Assembly: GCA_025450075.1 (NCBI GenBank)
Contig: JANWIC010000016.1
Coordinates: 2,005 to 66,004 of the forward strand
Source of the DNA: Patescibacteria group bacterium
GTDB lineage: Bacteria > Patescibacteriota > Dojkabacteria > JAKAPS01
Direction: 5' to 3'
Length of the DNA: 64,000 nt
Shown: piece by piece, positions 60,189 through 64,000 of the stretch
Numbering within the stretch: the first letter of the stretch is position 1
Layout of the letters: each line of letters begins with the position of its first letter
Notes under the pieces: generated by a model
Told to the model about the DNA's origin: nothing
What the model saw: only the letters and a program-made list of their open reading frames with translations
Database searches by the model: none
Translations under genes and position numbers: made by a program

Positions 60189-61046
60189 TTAAATGAATTC
60201 TTTATACAGCTCAGAAATATCTATATTTGATATATTCTGCTTCACTAATGGAAGAGGTTTGATTTGAGGTAAATCATCCTGATAAGTATCTTTGTTTTCT
60301 TCGTAAAAAAGTCCTAATGGAATTTTATCTCCCCATTCAATAGCTTTTTCATATGCTTTCGTACTGTCATGAGGAGTATAGTTGCCTTCTTCCAGCTTAT
60401 ATATCCTTTCTCTATACCATGGATAAGTATGGATATGGTTAAAACTGACACATGGTTGTAATACATTTACAAATGAAAAGCCTTCATGCTTTATGCCGTC
60501 AACAATAAGCTTGGTAGTATAGGTAGGATCCCCTGCAAAACCACGTGCAACATATGTGGCTCCTTGTGTTATTGCAGTTACAAGCGGGTTTAGACGGACT
60601 TCAATTACCCCTAATGGCGTTGATTTCGATTTGAATCCCTTATCAGATGTGGGAGCCGTTTGACCTGTTGTAAGACCATATACCTGATTGTCATGCAAAA
60701 TAACCGTAATATTTGGATTCCCTCTACATGCAGTAATAAAATGAGAAAGACCCTCTCCTAAGAGATCGCCGTCTCCTCCAACTACAATAACCGGTATTTC
60801 ATGGTTTGCAATTTTAATCGCTTCAGCAACGGGTATTGCACGGCCATGTAAGCCATGGAATCCGTATGCATTGATAAAGCTGCACATATTTCCTGAACAG
60901 CCGACTCCATACACCATCATGACATTATGTGGTTCAAAATCCATTGAGACTAAAGCATTTTTTATCGAAGCCCATATACCAAAATCCCCACATCCTGGAC
61001 ACCAGGTAGGAAAAATAGGTGATGTGAAATCATTTACGCTAACCAT
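60189..61046 (-). CDS. porB: Pyruvate/2-oxoacid:ferredoxin oxidoreductase beta subunit (TPP-binding)
   Basis: WCPGCGDFG start; TPP-binding GDG-x(n)-N region (VVGGDGDLLGEG...); 285 aa; overlaps porA. Confidence 0.85.
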   Translation of the reverse strand: MVSVNDFTSPIFPTWCPGCGDFGIWASIKNALVSMDFEPHNVMMVYGVGCSGNMCSFINAYGFHGLHGRAIPVAEAIKIANHEIPVIVVGGDGDLLGEGLSHFITACRGNPNITVILHDNQVYGLTTGQTAPTSDKGFKSKSTPLGVIEVRLNPLVTAITQGATYVARGFAGDPTYTTKLIVDGIKHEGFSFVNVLQPCVSFNHIHTYPWYRERIYKLEEGNYTPHDSTKAYEKAIEWGDKIPLGLFYEENKDTYQDDLPQIKPLPLVKQNISNIDISELYKEFI

Positions 61047-62842
61047 TTTTTTAGTCCTTTCTGATTTTTAATTGCTCGTATTCGCTGTACTAATTCTTCA
61101 GGGAAGAATGGTCTTCCGTCGTATTTAAGAATTTTGTTCCCAATCTCATACCCGGTATACTCACTAATGAGGCTTCCAAGCTGTGCAGTCATGTTATTCT
61201 CAATAAGGATAGGGGTCTTGCATATTTCCAATAATTCATTCACTCGCTTTGCTGGGAACGGAGAGATATAGAGAATATGGAGAAGATTAACACTTACGTT
61301 TTCTCTCCGAAGAATTTCCATAGCTTCAAGTATCGGTCCCTTTGTTGATCCCCATGCAAAAATGGTAAAATCCGCTTTTGCGGGACCATACAATACTGGT
61401 TCAGGAAGCTCAGCACTTGCGGCAATAAATTTCTTAAATCTCTTATCCACCATATTGATACGCATTTCTGATTCTTCATTCGAAAAGCCATGTTCATCAT
61501 GTTCATCGCTATTTGCAAGGAAAATACCATTTTTCATACCCGGCAAGGTTCTAAGTGATACCCCATCTTTTGCTTGAAGGTCAAATCGTTTATATATTCC
61601 AATTGCCTGAAGTTGTTCAGGTGTTGCAATTTTCCCCCTCTGTATTTTTATATTCTTATCATCAAAAGGGTATGTACTTTTTGGACTTTCTGCCAAGAAT
61701 TTATCGGATAAGATAATGACCGGCAGTTGGTATGTCTCAGCTAGATTGTGGGCTTGTATAGTGACATAAAAGCACTCTTCAGTATCTCCCGGTGCAACGA
61801 CTATACGAGGAAATTCTCCCTGCGAGGCATGTAGAACAAATTTCAAATCTCCCTGGTCAGTCCAAGTTGGAAGTCCCGTTGCAGGTCCCGGTCTTTGTAC
61901 AACAACATACACCATCGGTGTTTCAGTAATTGCAGCAAGTCCCAGTGATTCAACCATTAATGAAAACCCTCCTCCTGCAGTGCCAGTCATAGCTCGAACT
62001 CCTGCGTAATATGCTCCGATTGCCATATTAGCTGCAGAAATTTCGTCTTCAGTATGTTTCACTACAATATTGTATTGCAATTGCTTTGATGCCATATACT
62101 GCAATAATGTAGAAGAAGGAGTCATAGGATATCCCGCGTAGAATTTTACACCTGCTTTAATGGCACCCATGCCAATGGCTTCATTTCCGCCTAATACCAT
62201 TTGCGTTTGAGAATGTTTTTCGTTTTTTTCCAATCTGTATGGATATGAGCTGTTATCAAAGTGCTCTTTAATATAGTCAAATCCTGCTTTAGCTGCCCTA
62301 ATATTTAAATCGATGACTTCCTGTCCTTTATCTGCAAATACTTCTTTAAACAATTCATCCAGGATTGTTAAATCATATGCAAGAATTGCCATACTTGCAC
62401 CCATTGCAACCGTATTTCTCATCAATCTATCTGCCCCTGAGTTTTTTGAAAGGATTGCTAAAGGAACTGGGCATAAAACAAGATCTTTTCTGGAAGAAGT
62501 TTCAGTTGCAATATCATTCTCATCAGGATCAAACATGATAAGAGCCTTTTCACTTAATTCAAAGAGATGTTTTGTGACACTTTCCTTATTGAGAGCAATC
62601 AAAAAATTTACTGTCTTGAATGGAGCATATACCTTTGAATCTCTGACCGTTAACTGGAACGTATTATGTCCTCCTCTGATAAGGGAAGGATATTCGGAAT
62701 AAGAATGGACAAATAATCCTCCTCTTGTGCATATCTTGGAAAAAAGTACTCCGGATACAGCTATACCAAATCCCGCCTCACCGGCGATTTTCCATGTCAT
62801 GTTATTGATTATGTTGGGCTTTTTTTTGCTGGACAGTTTCAT
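61034..62842 (-). CDS. porA: Pyruvate/2-oxoacid:ferredoxin oxidoreductase alpha subunit with an N-terminal gamma-subunit fusion (the start may be the internal MTWKIAGEAG..)
   Basis: Gamma-like N-terminus (..W.IAGEAGFGI..) followed by the alpha-subunit transketolase-like domains; 602 aa. Confidence 0.85.
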   Translation of the reverse strand: MKLSSKKKPNIINNMTWKIAGEAGFGIAVSGVLFSKICTRGGLFVHSYSEYPSLIRGGHNTFQLTVRDSKVYAPFKTVNFLIALNKESVTKHLFELSEKALIMFDPDENDIATETSSRKDLVLCPVPLAILSKNSGADRLMRNTVAMGASMAILAYDLTILDELFKEVFADKGQEVIDLNIRAAKAGFDYIKEHFDNSSYPYRLEKNEKHSQTQMVLGGNEAIGMGAIKAGVKFYAGYPMTPSSTLLQYMASKQLQYNIVVKHTEDEISAANMAIGAYYAGVRAMTGTAGGGFSLMVESLGLAAITETPMVYVVVQRPGPATGLPTWTDQGDLKFVLHASQGEFPRIVVAPGDTEECFYVTIQAHNLAETYQLPVIILSDKFLAESPKSTYPFDDKNIKIQRGKIATPEQLQAIGIYKRFDLQAKDGVSLRTLPGMKNGIFLANSDEHDEHGFSNEESEMRINMVDKRFKKFIAASAELPEPVLYGPAKADFTIFAWGSTKGPILEAMEILRRENVSVNLLHILYISPFPAKRVNELLEICKTPILIENNMTAQLGSLISEYTGYEIGNKILKYDGRPFFPEELVQRIRAIKNQKGLKKWLA

Positions 62843-62909
62843 ATGCGTTATGCTTCATTATATGCAAAATCTTCTTATCTTTGCAAATGATTTGCTATAT
62901 TTCCATTTG

Positions 62910-64000
62910 TTAGTGCACATTAATACTTGCACTAAACACTTCATCAAGGATTGCCTGTGCATCGCTTCCATTTACTGGTCTTGGTTGTGCGTAATCATAC
63001 AGAAGTGTTGGAATGAGTTCTGATGAAATGAGATTCTTCCCGTAGAATGTATGGCGAACAATATCATTCTGTCGTTTTTCCGGTACTTCCATCTGGTCGA
63101 AAAATAAATTACCTAATCCGAAGAACACCGTTTTATTATTATAGAACATGATGCCTTGAGGACGATGCGCTTGAGAACCTGTTACCACATCAGCTCCGGC
63201 ATCTATAGCCGCCTTACTAATAGTAACTTGTGAATCTGAAGCCTCAAGATTGTTCTCATTTTCCCATTGTACATCTACAAAAACTACATCTGCAATTTTT
63301 TTTGCATTCTGAATATCTTGTACCATGGTATTTACATCTAATTTTGCTGCTCCTGGAGTTGTTGGTGTAGCAAAAGCTGCAGCCGGTCCAGGTTCGTTAT
63401 ACCCCAGAAATGCAAATGTAATTCCACCAAGATCAAAAATGGCAGGGAATCTTGCAGCAGTAGCATTTACTCCTCCTCCAAAATGCTTAATCCCATTTGC
63501 ATCATAAATTTTTAATGAATCAAAATCAGCTTGTGTTCCCCAGTCATTATTATGGTTTCCTGTCAATTCTACCAAATTCACACCTGCATATTGCAGCGTT
63601 TTAATAAAATTTGGATAGGAACAGAATGTCAGAGTTCCAACCTGTTGGGTACAATCTGAGGAAAAAGAAACTTCGTTACTCACATGGACGATATCCCCTG
63701 TCTTCATGATTGGAGCGACATATTGTGCCGGGTACTGTGTCCCATATGTATTAATCCTGAAATATACTCCCCTTGCCATTGCAGTTGTTCCAGTCATAAT
63801 TATGGTATGGATATTTTTAGGATCATAATTTGTATAGCTATGTCCGATTATATATTTCATATCTTTTGCGGGTAATGCAGACTTTGTAAAAACTGCATAG
63901 GTTATGGCTAATGGATAATTATCAAGATTAAAATTTTTTTGAATTGGAGAATTTCCATCAATATATATCGATCTGTACCTATTTGTAAGAGAGGTAAAAT
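62910..64000 (-). CDS. CapA/PgsA-family protein (metallophosphoesterase-like, poly-gamma-glutamate/capsule synthesis type). It is 5'-partial: the reading frame stays open upstream to the window end.
   Basis: ..VNLVELTGNHNNDWG.. and the downstream His/Asp motifs typical of CapA; I translated 63861-64000 in frame and found no stop. Confidence 0.55.
   Translation of the reverse strand, partial: FTSLTNRYRSIYIDGNSPIQKNFNLDNYPLAITYAVFTKSALPAKDMKYIIGHSYTNYDPKNIHTIIMTGTTAMARGVYFRINTYGTQYPAQYVAPIMKTGDIVHVSNEVSFSSDCTQQVGTLTFCSYPNFIKTLQYAGVNLVELTGNHNNDWGTQADFDSLKIYDANGIKHFGGGVNATAARFPAIFDLGGITFAFLGYNEPGPAAAFATPTTPGAAKLDVNTMVQDIQNAKKIADVVFVDVQWENENNLEASDSQVTISKAAIDAGADVVTGSQAHRPQGIMFYNNKTVFFGLGNLFFDQMEVPEKRQNDIVRHTFYGKNLISSELIPTLLYDYAQPRPVNGSDAQAILDEVFSASINVH

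Overview
This is a 64 kb chromosomal segment from a low-GC, compact-genome bacterium. By eye the GC is about 35-38 % (not computed), genes are tightly packed, and several gene ends overlap. Gene content and architecture (Gram-positive-like envelope genes, a single gene-dense block of core functions) look most like a Patescibacteria/CPR-type or similarly reduced organism; that is inference only, since no rRNA falls in the window. The standard genetic code is in use, because long intact ORFs are present.

The window is dominated by housekeeping genes:
- Nucleotide excision repair: uvrA and uvrB.
- Four tRNAs: Asp-GTC, Gly-CCC and Thr-CGT clustered at 9.6-10.0 kb, and Val-CAC at 48.8 kb.
- folD, followed by the division genes ftsQ-like, ftsA and ftsZ.
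- gatCAB and dnaE.
- One long minus-strand block: the complete F1Fo ATP synthase operon (atpBEFHAGDC), then rplU, a methyltransferase, rpmA, rplS and rnhB.
- mscS and mraY.
- The class I ribonucleotide reductase operon nrdR-nrdA-nrdB.
- Envelope and redox genes: yidD, htrA, a DsbA-like/CcdA pair, an FNR-like flavoprotein, and pyruvate:ferredoxin oxidoreductase (porB, fused porA).
- A CapA-like gene that runs off the 3' end of the window.

The stretch from about 39.7 to 48.9 kb looks accessory, and tRNA-Val lies at its outer edge. It contains, in order:
- A minus-strand operon of a PLP-dependent fold-type-II enzyme, an ATP-grasp ligase and a cytoplasmic NlpC/P60 peptidase.
- A divergently transcribed 56-aa zinc-ribbon gene that is absent from the ORF track and resembles the LysW/ArgW amino-group carrier proteins.
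- A 920-aa protein whose C-terminal part is a DnaG-type primase core (zinc finger plus TOPRIM) behind a roughly 550-aa N-terminal domain with no recognisable motif.
- A bona fide cytochrome P450, which is unexpected in a reduced genome.
- An O-antigen-ligase-like membrane protein.

Other features of interest:
- A Fic-like protein with a degenerate motif directly after ftsZ, followed by a GC-richer 118-aa orphan.
- A PP2C-like protein translationally coupled to dnaE.
- Two tandem ORFs of unknown function next to the atp operon.
- A CvpA-CAP fusion protein.
- A small Cys-rich protein with a strong Shine-Dalgarno sequence.
- A canonical sigma70-like promoter plus an NrdR-box-like palindrome in front of nrdR.

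No CRISPR array, transposase, integrase or rRNA was seen.
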